The notes beneath the pieces were generated by a model. The model had not been told where the DNA came from, made no database searches, and saw nothing but the letters and a program-made list of their open reading frames with translations. A program made the position numbers and the translations under genes. A stretch of DNA of 64,000 bases from Planctomycetota bacterium (lineage in GTDB: Bacteria; Planctomycetota; UBA8108; SXIK01), in assembly GCA_965223265.1 (NCBI GenBank), contig OZ244999.1:3136001-3200000 (forward strand). Direction: 5' to 3'. Numbering within the stretch: the stretch's first letter is position 1; each line of letters begins with the position of its first letter. Shown here piece by piece: positions 20,619-30,900 of this stretch.

Positions 20619-22910
20619 TCACTCGCCCGAGTCCAGGTGGAATTGCGGCGCTCCGGCGAAGCCGGGCGTCTCGCCTTCGACGACATCTAAGATCTGGTCG
20701 GCGGGAAGGTCACGTAGGAGTTGAGTGTGTCCCGACGGCCAGTGGATCTCCACTTCGTCCACTTGCGCGGCCGTGCCCAACCCATAGTGCAAAGTTCGGC
20801 TTTGACACGAAAGATAGGCGCCGCCGCAGAGTACACTGCGCCACTGATTTGTCCCGGCTGCTTGAACTCGAACTCGCGCGCCGATGGCGTCGCCATGACT
20901 GCGAGTGCCCCGCAGCCGAAGCTGAAGCCAGTGACCTGTGGCGCCACGGCTGATGAGAATCGACGCAGGTTGTGCGTAGTTTTGGATCACGAAATCGAGG
21001 TCGCCGTCGTTGTCGAGGTCGGCGATAGCCAAACCGCGTGCGTCCTCGATGCGGTCAGCAGCGTTGACCCCAGCGACGTCAACGAGTTGGCCACCGTCGT
21101 TACGAAAGAGAGCATTGTTTTCGTAACCGTTGAAGGATTTGTCGCCGACGTGAATGAACGAGCTGACATCGCCGTCAACTATAGAACGCCGACCGACGTT
21201 CTCCAGAAAAGTCGGTCACAAATCATGACGGTCTTTCCCCGAAATGAAGCCGTTAGTTGCGTAGAGATCGAGGTCGCCGTCGTTGTCGTAGTCTAGAAAG
21301 CCAGCGCTCCAGCTCCAGCCGGTATTGTCCGTCCCAGCCGCACTCGCCACGAACGTCCCGTCGCCTTGGTTGCGGTAGAAAACGTTGCCGGACATCATCT
21401 CGTAGACGATGTCGAGGACGTCATTCCGAAACAGCATCGAGACTGGCCAAGGTGCCGGCGCCGGGTATGCGCGCTGGCGAATCATCCAGCGTGAGTTAGA
21501 GGTCATGGCCGCGACGAAGAGGTCTGGATAGCCGTCGTTGTCGAAGTCACCCCACGAAGCGCTCATGCTAGCGCGTCGGGCGGTCAACCCAGCCTCTCGA
21601 GTCACGTCGTCGAACGTGCCGTCGCCGCGATTTCGATAAAGCACATCGAAGCCGAAATCGTTGGCGACGAAGAGATCCACGTCACCGTCGACGTCGAAGT
21701 CCGCCGCCGAGCATGCGAGGCCGAAGCCGGAGTGATCAACGGAGGCCGCAGCTGCAGTCTCGCGAAATGTTCCGTCCGCGTTGCCCATAAAGAGCGCGTT
21801 GGGTGCGGCGTTGAGCGCCTGGTGAGGCGGATCGGGCGAGCACAGAGTCAGATTACAGCCGTTGACGATGAAAATGTCGAGGAATCCGTCGGCGTCGAAG
21901 TCTGCGCTGCAGACGCTCGTTGTGTGGCGTGTTGGGGTTAAGCCGACGTCGGCGGCGACGTCGGTAAAAGTACCGGTTTCGTTTTGGAGATAAAGAATGT
22001 TGGCCCCGTCGAGGCGGCCGACGAAGATGTCTTGGCGGCCATCGTTGTCGAAGTCTGCGATGAGTGCCGATCGCGACTTGCCCGGCAGCAGTGCGTCAAC
22101 GCCGGCCGATTCCGTCGTGTCACGGAACGTGCCGTCTTGCTGATTGAGAAAGAGGCTACAGTGGTCTCCGTTGACGAAGTAAAGGTCGACCCAGCCGTCG
22201 CCGTCGACGTCGCCGACAGCTAGTCCAGACCCCGCGGGGTAACGTTGGAGGCGACCCTGTCGGTCGGCGACGCCGTCGATGGCGGAAAGATTGGAAACGC
22301 CACGTTCGACGGCTTCCTCGGAAAATCGCACCTGGTCTTGAGCCACGATCACTGGCGTCGAGGCGTGCTCGGAGACGATTTTCCATTCGCCCGTCGTGTC
22401 GCGTCTGCAGACGACCGCCAGCGAACTCTCCTGGCACACGTCCCTTCGATCCTTACCCGTCCCACAAAGGCTGAACGAAAGTGTGGCGTGGGCTTCGCCA
22501 TGCCGAATCAGAAGTTCGTCGATCGTCGCTGCCACGCGGCGGACCACTTGAAACTTCTCCAGCAAGGCGCGTTTGCTCTCCTGCCACTCCTGCGTGTCAG
22601 CGAGCTCTTTCGTGTAGAGGCTGCTAATGCCCTCGAGGTCCCGCCGGGCGTGTTCTTGGGGGTAACGACGGTGCAGTAGCTCGTTTAAGGGGTTTACGTA
22701 GTCTCGTTTCGTTCTTTCCCACGAACCACACCCCGCCATGAGAAGAGCGAGGGTGGCGCCGAGCAAAAGTGTTGGCAGTCCGTGCTGCGGCTGAGGTCGA
22801 GCACACCGCGAGGGACTTGAAGCGAAGGGAAGCGAATCGATCACGAAACGAATCGGATGCGGCCTCAACAACGAAGAGCGTTCATCTCCCATCACGAGAT
22901 GGGGGTTCAA
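20619..22910 (-). CDS. CRTAC1/ASPIC-UnbV family FG-GAP lipoprotein interrupted by one in-frame UGA (21216-21218); 763 aa if read through
   Basis: ORFs 21216-22910 and 20619-21032 are in the same frame. The 61 intervening codons are stop-free and translate as family-like sequence (PTFLENV...KSFNGYENNALFRNDGGQLVDVAGVNAADRIEDARG). FG-GAP DxDxDG repeats, ASPIC GAYLSCQSRTLHYGLG...IHWPSG, lipobox-like MAGC. Start uncertain. Confidence 0.85.
21190..21218 (-). promoter_or_regulatory. Stem-loop at the in-frame UGA (candidate SECIS-like or recoding element)
   Basis: The minus-strand RNA reads U-GACCGAC-UUUUC-UGGA-GAAC-GUCGGUC-G. This gives a perfect 7-bp GACCGAC/GUCGGUC stem plus a UUC/GAA upper stem and a UGGA loop. 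The loop is closer to the UGA than in canonical bacterial SECIS elements. Confidence 0.45.
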
Positions 22911-23149
22911 GACGATCCGATTCTAACGCGCAATCTTCGTGAGTCCACTCATTGGAGCGCGAGACGTGAACTCTGCTGTCGACTGCGTCGGGACGCGCAT
23001 GAACTTTTTCGGATGATCTTCAGCTCGGTCTTTCGGAACATGGACGCAGTGAAGGGACATCCGGACAGTCACTGACGCCAGTGCCTCCCGTTGGGGAGCC
23101 GAGATGCCGTCGCTCGTTCCGTTGCCTTTCGAGGGGGGACACCACGCAG

Positions 23150-23641
23150 TCAATGATTCTGAGCGAGGATTTTGAGCGAGGCGTGCCAGTTGTCGGACGA
23201 ACCTGGTGATCGGAGACCCAGAGGAATTGAGCCCATGGTCGCACGAGTCGATGCGATCTGGCCAAGCGGCTCACCGCAACCTGCCGCCGGAACCGACTGT
23301 TCGGTCGCGGGCGTCGCCCACGCGTGCACCTCGGCGCCGCCGAGACGCCAACCGCGGAAGGTCGCTCCAAGTTTTTCGCCGACCGGAGTGAACCAGACGA
23401 GCGCCAGGATCGGGAGGACGAGCGCCGCCTGCGCTTTGCACCAAGGGTTGCCTAAGATGCGCGTCGGCGTCATAAGCGTCTCAGCGAAGATCTTGGCGCC
23501 AAGAAACATCAGAAGTGCATCGAGGGCAATGGTTGCGACTTCGAGCTCAGCTTGAATCTCGAACCAGAAGAGGCAGCGAAGAGCGATGATCCCAATCCAC
23601 ACAAAGGCCGGCGCGTGGAGTCTTGACTGTTTCTTTGACAA
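23150..23641 (-). CDS. Hypothetical membrane protein
   Basis: 163 aa with about three hydrophobic segments in the N-terminal half. AGAGGA precedes the TTG start. Confidence 0.55.
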   Translation of the reverse strand: MSKKQSRLHAPAFVWIGIIALRCLFWFEIQAELEVATIALDALLMFLGAKIFAETLMTPTRILGNPWCKAQAALVLPILALVWFTPVGEKLGATFRGWRLGGAEVHAWATPATEQSVPAAGCGEPLGQIASTRATMGSIPLGLRSPGSSDNWHASLKILAQNH

Positions 23642-23784
23642 CTGTTCCTCTTGACCGCATCGGTCGGCTGGTTTGGCGTTGACTTCGCTGAATCAGGCGG
23701 CTGGCGAGAGTCTTTGTGCAAATTCCATACCGAGGCCGACGGTGGTCGGCCGCCTTGGTGGCTGGGGGTGATAGAAGGAAGGAA

Positions 23785-24483
23785 ATGTCAAAAGCAGAGA
23801 AAGCGATCGTCGTCACCGGGGTCAGTCGGGGCCTGGGTCACGCCATGACTGAGGCGTTCATCGAACGCGGCCACACTGTGCTAGGGTGTGCCCGTTCGTC
23901 CGACGCCGTTGCGACACTGGCGCGTAGGTGGCCGGCACCGCATCGATTCCGCCAGGTCGACGTCGCTGACGACGCTGGCGTTGCGGCGTGGGCGCAGGAG
24001 TGTTTCGACTGCGGCGTGATACCCGACCTCCTTGTCAACAACGCAGCGCTGATCAATGCTAGCCAACCGCTGTGGGAGGTCGGCGTGGAAGAGTTCTCGA
24101 GAGTTGTCGACGTCAACATCAAAGGGGTCGCTAATGTCATTCGTCACTTCCTCCCGAGTATGATCGCCCGCGGCGCGGGAGTTGTCGTCAACTTCAGCTC
24201 CGGTTGGGGACGCTCGACCTCGGCAGACGTGGCGCCATACTGTGCAACGAAGTGGGCCATCGAAGGGCTCACTCAGGCCCTGGCGCAGGAGTTGCCGCGC
24301 GGCATCGCAGCCGTGCCACTCAATCCCGGCGTGATCTGCACCGAGATGCTCGAAAGTTGTTTCGGCGAGACGGCGCGCAGCTACCCCGGTCCCGCGGAGT
24401 GGGCGACGAGCGCGGTGCCCTTCATCCTACAGCTCGGCGCGGCGGACAACGGCAAGTCCCTCACGGTGCCTGGCGCCTTTTGA
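23785..24483 (+). CDS. SDR family oxidoreductase
   Basis: TGVSRGLG Rossmann motif, LLVNNAA, VVNFSS and catalytic YCATK. AAGGAAGGA before ATG 23785. Confidence 0.95.
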   Translation: MSKAEKAIVVTGVSRGLGHAMTEAFIERGHTVLGCARSSDAVATLARRWPAPHRFRQVDVADDAGVAAWAQECFDCGVIPDLLVNNAALINASQPLWEVGVEEFSRVVDVNIKGVANVIRHFLPSMIARGAGVVVNFSSGWGRSTSADVAPYCATKWAIEGLTQALAQELPRGIAAVPLNPGVICTEMLESCFGETARSYPGPAEWATSAVPFILQLGAADNGKSLTVPGAF

Positions 24484-24517
24484 AGTGCGTTCGAGCTGCA
24501 GATCGAGCCCTGTCGAT

Positions 24518-25993
24518 CTACGGTTCCCTGCGCTTCAGCTCGAAGTCCTTCTCGCTCTCGAGATCGACTCCGAATGCGTGCCGGAAGCTTGCGGCGACAG
24601 CTGCTGTCGTCTTCTGCGGTCCGGTCAACTTGAGGAAGTAGTTCCCCATGTTCGTCTGCACGATCGCCGCGAGCATTTTGGAGCCTGGCGTGCGCCGTGT
24701 CTGACGTCGAATCGGTGGCCCGATCGGTTTGTTGTAAGTACCCGTCACGTCGGCGAGGAAGAACGAACCTTGACGGCACTTGCCGGTCGTTAGACGAGAC
24801 TGACGTCCGTTCGCCTCAAACTGACGTACCCATCGATCGAGGTTTGCTTCGACGGTACCACCGCCACCCTTAAAAAAGAAGACCACCAGTTCTGCCGATT
24901 CGTCCTCCTTGACGCCGGGAATCGCGAACTGTGCGACCCGAAAAGGCGAAGTGGGCTGTGAGTAGACCCAGGTCGTCGGGACTTCAAGGCTCAGCGCGCC
25001 CGCCTTGACCACATGAGTCGACAGATCGTCGTGGCGCGGAAGTTCGGCGCCCGGAACTTTCATGTTGAGCGCATAGACACTGGTGCGGGCCGTGACGTAG
25101 AGAGTCTTGCGTCCCTCGCCGCCGAATGCACAATTGGAGGGCTTCTCCGGAAGCTCCACCCTACCGACGATTTCACCAGTGTGACTGATCACGACAAGTT
25201 TTCGGAAGGCAGTGTACAGGTTGCCTTTGGCATCGAGCGCCATGCCGTCAGGGCCGCGCCCGTCGACCGCTGGATCCGCTTTGAAGAAAACTTGGTGTTC
25301 GCCGAGTTTTCCCGGACCGGCGATCCGGTAGCGGTGGATTTCTGAGTCGGCCATATTCGCGACAAAGAGGTGGCGTCCGTCGGGCGACGTCACGATCCCA
25401 TTGGGCTGACGCAAGCTATTGATGACGCGACTGACGACTCCGTCGCGGGACACGTAGTAGACACCCATCACCGGCTGCGTGCGCTCTTCCTGACGACCGT
25501 AGTGTGGGTCGGTGAAATAGACACCACCGCTACCGTCGAGCGTTAGATCATTGGGGCTGTTGAACGGCTTGCCGTCGTACTTGTCCGCGATCACCGTAAC
25601 GCTCATGTCCGCTGGATCGATGCGGACGACCCGGCGAGATCCCCCTTGGCAGGCGAAGAGGTTGCCGCGGTGGTCAAACAGAAGACCGTTGGCACGACCA
25701 GAGGGTCGAAGGAAATCGCGCTCGGTTCCGTCGGGCAGTAACTCGACGATACGACTCGCTGGGATGTCGCTGAACAACAGTTGGCCGCGCGAGCTGAACG
25801 CCGGACCTTCCGTGAATTCAAAGCCGCTGGCGATCCGTCTTGGCTCGGCGGACTCGATCAGGCTCTCGAGTCCAGCTGCTCGAACCGCCGTGCCATCGGC
25901 AACGAGGACTCCGAAAAGGAGGATGAGTGCACCCAGGTGTGCCGGGCTGACCACGGTCGGTGCCGTGAGTCCGAGGACGAGCTTCGCGTTCAT
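24518..25993 (-). CDS. Secreted SMP-30/gluconolactonase family protein fused to a C-terminal domain of unknown function
   Basis: GFEFTEGP, LLFSDIP, FNSPND, VYFTDP, PNGI, PDGMALD, NCAFGG...LYVTARTSVY. Extra ~170-aa C-terminal domain (FRVAQFAIP...GGTVEANLDRWVRQF...YFLKLTGP). Confidence 0.9.
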   Translation of the reverse strand: MNAKLVLGLTAPTVVSPAHLGALILLFGVLVADGTAVRAAGLESLIESAEPRRIASGFEFTEGPAFSSRGQLLFSDIPASRIVELLPDGTERDFLRPSGRANGLLFDHRGNLFACQGGSRRVVRIDPADMSVTVIADKYDGKPFNSPNDLTLDGSGGVYFTDPHYGRQEERTQPVMGVYYVSRDGVVSRVINSLRQPNGIVTSPDGRHLFVANMADSEIHRYRIAGPGKLGEHQVFFKADPAVDGRGPDGMALDAKGNLYTAFRKLVVISHTGEIVGRVELPEKPSNCAFGGEGRKTLYVTARTSVYALNMKVPGAELPRHDDLSTHVVKAGALSLEVPTTWVYSQPTSPFRVAQFAIPGVKEDESAELVVFFFKGGGGTVEANLDRWVRQFEANGRQSRLTTGKCRQGSFFLADVTGTYNKPIGPPIRRQTRRTPGSKMLAAIVQTNMGNYFLKLTGPQKTTAAVAASFRHAFGVDLESEKDFELKRREP

Positions 25994-26066
25994 GTCTCTT
26001 CTCCCCACGCAGGTGGTGATTCACTTGGAGAGCTGGTGACCGAATTCACAAGATGGAACCCGCGAG

Positions 26067-26915
26067 TCACGCTGCTTCTTCCCATTGTGACCGGATAAAC
26101 TTGATGCCCTCCTCGTACACTTCTTCCCGCGACGGGAAGAAGTCACGCCAAACGCGCGTCGCGGCAGCTAGGTCCGGCAACGCGCGACCGAACGCTTCGA
26201 TCGTAAGCCACGAGTCGTACCCGCTGCTTCGAATCGCGCGAAACGTCTCGCGCCAAGGCACGTGACCCTTCCCGGGAGTGCCGCGGTCGTTCTCCGAGAT
26301 ATGGATATGCGAGATCACATCAACATGAGCAGTGTAGGCCGCGACGGGGTCCTTCTCTTCGATGTTGGCGTGGAACGTGTCGTACATCGTCCGCACGTTC
26401 GGGTGGTCTACTCGCTGAACGTAGTCTGCGGCGTCAGCCATCGTGTTGAGGAAATAACACTCGAATCGGTTGAGGTACTCGACACAGAGAGTGATGTTGG
26501 CGCCTTTCGCGGACTCTGCAACTTGGCGGTGAACGTCGGCGGCGTAAGACTTTTCGTCGTTTGTCGGCGCGCTGCCTGAAAACTCACCGAGGGGCTGGTA
26601 AAACGGGCCGCAGACGCGAGATCCGCCGAGAATGGCAGTGTGCTCAACGACCTGACTCAGGCTTTCTACCGCTCGCTGGCGTATCGTCTGGTCTGGGCTG
26701 ATCGGATTGGCGTCTGGACCGGAGACGGTCACCGTCGTGCACTCGAGTCCCAGGTCGTCGAGGACGCGGCGAACCTTCTGAAAGTGAGCGGCGTCACCTT
26801 CGAACAGCGGAATCTCGACGCCGTCGAAGCCGCACGCTTTGATCCGTTCCAGCAACGGGAAGTGTTCCTCGGTGACGTGGGTCGTCCACAGAAGCATGTT
26901 CATGCCGATCTTCAT
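26067..26915 (-). CDS. Sugar phosphate isomerase/epimerase (D-tagatose/D-psicose 3-epimerase family)
   Basis: GFDGVEIP, EYLNRFECY, YDTFHANIEE, HIHISENDRGTPG and TIEAF metal-binding motifs. Confidence 0.92.
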   Translation of the reverse strand: MKIGMNMLLWTTHVTEEHFPLLERIKACGFDGVEIPLFEGDAAHFQKVRRVLDDLGLECTTVTVSGPDANPISPDQTIRQRAVESLSQVVEHTAILGGSRVCGPFYQPLGEFSGSAPTNDEKSYAADVHRQVAESAKGANITLCVEYLNRFECYFLNTMADAADYVQRVDHPNVRTMYDTFHANIEEKDPVAAYTAHVDVISHIHISENDRGTPGKGHVPWRETFRAIRSSGYDSWLTIEAFGRALPDLAAATRVWRDFFPSREEVYEEGIKFIRSQWEEAA

Positions 26916-27030
26916 TGCCTGGATCGCCTTTCATGTCGACAAGGACTTCGGAAGAAAGCGCAAGCTTGTTTCGGGCCGGCGCGCCAGCTGGTCTCGGTCG
27001 TGCATAGCGGTCTGCTTGACGCGCGCGTAA

Positions 27031-27192
27031 CAGCCTGCCTGAAAAAGTGCTTCGAGCCGAAAACTGGCCTCTTCACGCCCAGCTCGACCGCGTCAATAAT
27101 CGAAAATCCCGAAGATTGCCTGCGTTTGCCGCGGCCGATCTGGACGCGAAGAGACCAGTTTCTTCGACCGAATGACTTTTTCAGGCGGGCTG
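27031..27192. mobile_element. MITE-like fold-back element, copy 2 (162 bp)
   Basis: Terminal inverted repeats CAGCCTGCCTGAAAAAG / CTTTTTCAGGCGGGCTG. Direct repeat GTAA on both flanks (27027-27030, 27193-27196). Confidence 0.9.
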
Positions 27193-27314
27193 GTAAGGTA
27201 CCAACACAGAATACCCTTGAACCGGAAAGTTTGGTGTAATTCAAGAGTTTCCCGTGGGGCACCGCGCCGTGCGATCATCGAGGGTCGTTCCTTCCGCGAG
27301 TAAGGAGTCAAAGC

Positions 27315-27665
27315 ATGCCTGAGACGAGTGAGAGAATCCCGCGGACCGTGTCGCGGAACCTGCGGTTCGCCAACGGCGAGGCGATCGGAATCAGCAACCG
27401 ATGGCGTCGGGGGCAGTACTGTACGATTTTGACGCCCGCCGGAATGGTCGGTTGCGGCATCTACGACGTCGCCACCGCGGCTGCGTTCGGTCAGGCAGTC
27501 GCGATCGCTCGCGGCACACCTGAGCGGCCGCTGGTCGAACCCGAAGATCTGCTCAACGCGAAGATCGTCGACGCCACGGCGCAGGCCAAGGCGCACGGAA
27601 TCAAGATCGGGATGCTGGGCAGGGACGCTGTCGAACTCCTTCTCGGCGTCACCGATGGTGATTGA
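27315..27665 (+). CDS. DUF1805 / YunC family protein
   Basis: GMVGCGIYDV...AIARG...EDLLNAKIVDAT..AKAHGIKIGMLGRDAV pattern. SD AAGGAG. Confidence 0.85.
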   Translation: MPETSERIPRTVSRNLRFANGEAIGISNRWRRGQYCTILTPAGMVGCGIYDVATAAAFGQAVAIARGTPERPLVEPEDLLNAKIVDATAQAKAHGIKIGMLGRDAVELLLGVTDGD

Positions 27666-27933
27666 GAGTTGCGTCGGGGCGAGTGTGAGGGTTTGTGCAG
27701 TGTAGGTGAACGTCGGCGTTCAGACTGTAAGCGACTGTCTCAATTGGGGTTGCGCTTGCAACGCGAATTGGTCAGTCGGCGCTGCGGAGAGGCTTTGCGC
27801 AAGTCTGCTAAACCTACCCGGGAGTGCTTGAGTTTGTCCGACTCATCGTTTTCAATAAGGTAGATCGAACGTTGGGAAATCAACTGGCCAATGTCATTTC
27901 GATTGGTCGCCTGTAAGGGTTGGGGTCCAATCT

Positions 27934-30900
27934 ATGAGATACGGGGCACCAGTACGCTTGCGTTTAGCGGTTGCCGCGTGTTTGCTTTGCGCGGTCTTGC
28001 CGATCTCGGTGAGGTCGCAGCTTGCAGCAGGGGAGGTGTATTTCGTCAGCGATGACGCTTACTACCTGATTTGGGCGGTGGACGCAGAGACGGGCGCGGC
28101 GGTGCAGGGACTGAGCGCCCCCGACGATGCGATCCTCGGAGTTTCTCCGCCGCCGAGCTCTGGCCTCGCCTTCGCTGCAGGAGAACTCTACTACACCCAT
28201 GACGCCACCCCGCTTCTATGGGTCTTGGACGCTGAGTCCGGTGATGTGGTGCGCTCGTTTGAGAAACCTGCGACAGACATTTCCGGTCTGACGTTTGCTC
28301 ATGGCGTTCTCTACGCTGCAGCGGAGATCGATTCACAAGGAACTCTCTATGGGCTGGACCCAATCACTGGCGTCGTTCAGTCGACGCTTGCGGTGCCACG
28401 GGCCAGCGGTGCACTTGCGGCGTCGGAGGCGCGTGGGTCGGTCTTTGTGCGCGTCGGTGCACTCGAGGTGCGTGAGATCTCGGCGGCGAACGGCGACGTG
28501 CTCGGTTCGATCGTACCGCCTGTCCCAACGACAGGACTTGCAGTTTCTGAAGACGAAGCGCGGCAGTCGCTCTTGTTTCTCAATGCGTCCGGCGAACTGA
28601 CGACTTACGACCTGTTGGCGGGCACAACGACAGATCCGATGGAGCTCGTCGAGACGGCCGGCAACCGCCTCGTGCGCACCGGAGGGTTGGCGACTGGCAC
28701 GTTGCCGCCACCGACCGAAGGTGGCGAAGGTGGTGGTGTTCCAGTCTCTGGCGCAGCGATTGAGGTTCAAGACACGAACGTTCGCGCCGACCGCACTGCA
28801 TCCGTTCCCATATTGATGACCAATGATCAGGCGCTTCAGGGCTACGTTATTGCTGCCGTGCACGACCCTGCTGTCTTGACGTTGGAGGATGTTTCCTTTG
28901 CGGGCACAGAGACTGAAGCGAATTTTGCCGAGTTCGTTGCAGCTGAGTTGCTCCCCAATGGAGCGACGATCGGCGTGATTTTCGACGTTGACGCTCCCTT
29001 CGAGAACAACGTGCTTCCGCCCGGTGTGGATCAGGTGGTCGCGCGGCTCGCTTACAGCTGCGTCAACCGCGACCCGACGGAGGAAACAAGCACCGAAGTG
29101 CGTCTGGTCGATGGGGTGATTGGTCAACCGGCTAAGGACAATCTGATTGTCGTCGATGGTGTCACTTCGACGCCGGAGTTGTTTCCGGGAACGATTCTGT
29201 GCGTTCTACCTCCGCCACCGTCCACCGAACCGCAGTTCCTTTGCGGCGGACCTCCGGCAGCGGATGGCCTCCCGACGCCGTTGACGGCTGGGCGAGGAGA
29301 AACTGACACGCTCTGCTTTTTCTACGCTTTTCCCAGTGACCGTCCGGCTGGCATTCAGGGACTCTCGATGGCGCTTGCCTACGACTGCCGCCTCGACTGC
29401 TTGGAAGAGACGTTTGGACTTGTGCCTGGCGGAATTGCGGACGTGATCGGTACCGAGTTCGTTGAGTTTCAATGCGATGAAGATCCGACCGATGGAGACG
29501 GCTGCGAAATGATTCTCGCGATGCTCCTCGACTCATCGCCGCCGTTCGACGGACAGACTCTGCCTCCGACATCTATGCCGTTTCCACTCGCCTGTGTGGA
29601 CTTGCGCGTGACGCCTGAAGCCACTGTGGGTGAGTGCCTCGACGTGCGTTTTCAGGACGGAGTGAACGGCGAAAACAAGGTGCCAACGAAAAACCTCGTC
29701 TCCGTCAAGAATGAGGCGATCGCAGCGCTGACGAGCTCCTGTGAAGTGTGCGTTGTGCCGAGCGGCCCGACGCTCTTTTGCGGCTCTGGGGCGCTGGACG
29801 TTCATGGCTTGCCTGGTCCTCTCGTGGGTGAGAACGGCGACGAGGTCGAACTCTTTTTCTGGTACCGTTCTCCGGTGGAGGAAGTGTTTAGTTTGACGCA
29901 AGCGGTGCGGATCGATTGTCGTGCTGCGTGTATCGCTGACACGTTTCTGGCCGACCCAGGCCTGCAGGGGGTCGTGAACCGAGGTGACCTCTCACTCGAG
30001 TGCGATTCGGATCCAGCGGATGGCGACGGATGCGAAATCGTCTTGCGTTTCGAGCGAACCGCAGGCAACCCGTCTCTTCCTGCCACTGACCTTCCAGTTC
30101 GATTAGGACGCGTGCGACTGCGCATCGGAGAGAACATCGCGCGCGGCAAGTGCTTGCCGATTGAGCATCACGACCAGATCGACGGAGAGGGTACGGAGAT
30201 CGTCGACAATCAAGTGATTACACCGTCCGGGATTCTGTCACCGGAGACGGTCGATTGTGAGATCTGCGTGCGCCCTGCACCGCTACCGCGGTTCTTTTGC
30301 GGCGGACCAAACCTCGATCCAGAAACCGGGCTCCCCGAGATTCCATCCGAGGTGCGACTCGGGGAGAGTGTTGAGTTTTCTCTTTGGTATTCGAGTCCCG
30401 ACGACGAGCTTGACATCACAGACCAGATTCAAGGGCTCTCGATGGCAATTCAGTACGATTGCAACCTGATTTGCCAAGAAGATACGTTCACTATCCCTCC
30501 CGACAGCGCGCTCGAGCTTGTCGATGCGGAGTTCGTCTCGTTCGAGTGCGAAAATGATCCGACCGATGGCGACGGGTGCGAAATGCTCTTTGCCGTCTTA
30601 GTCGATCTGAACCCGCCGTTCGATGGTCGCACGCTGCCGCAGAGCGACACACCGCTCAAGCTGGCGTCCGTGACGATGCAGGTAGGGCCCGGCGCGGTAC
30701 TTGGCACGTGCCTTCCGGTGCGCTTTCTCGATGGCGTCGACGGCAAAGGGATTGTTCCCAACAAGAACATTGTTTCGCTGAACAATGAAGGCGTCAGCCC
30801 CGAGACCTTCGATTGCGAAGTTTGCGTCCGGCCCCTCGGACCAACGTTTTTCTGTGGCCCGGAGGATTTCGCCCCGGACGGAATCATCGACCCAGCGCCA

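Noticed and set aside
20619-21032. Independent ASPIC/UnbV gene starting at TTG 21032
   Set aside because: The start falls mid-repeat (RG-L-AIADLDNDGD) and homologous-looking coding sequence continues upstream in frame to the UGA.
22923-23153. Small ORF, or a second UGA readthrough after the 23150-23641 gene
   Set aside because: In-frame continuation past that TGA hits another TGA after about 26 codons with no protein-like sequence. The 76-aa ORF has no recognisable features.
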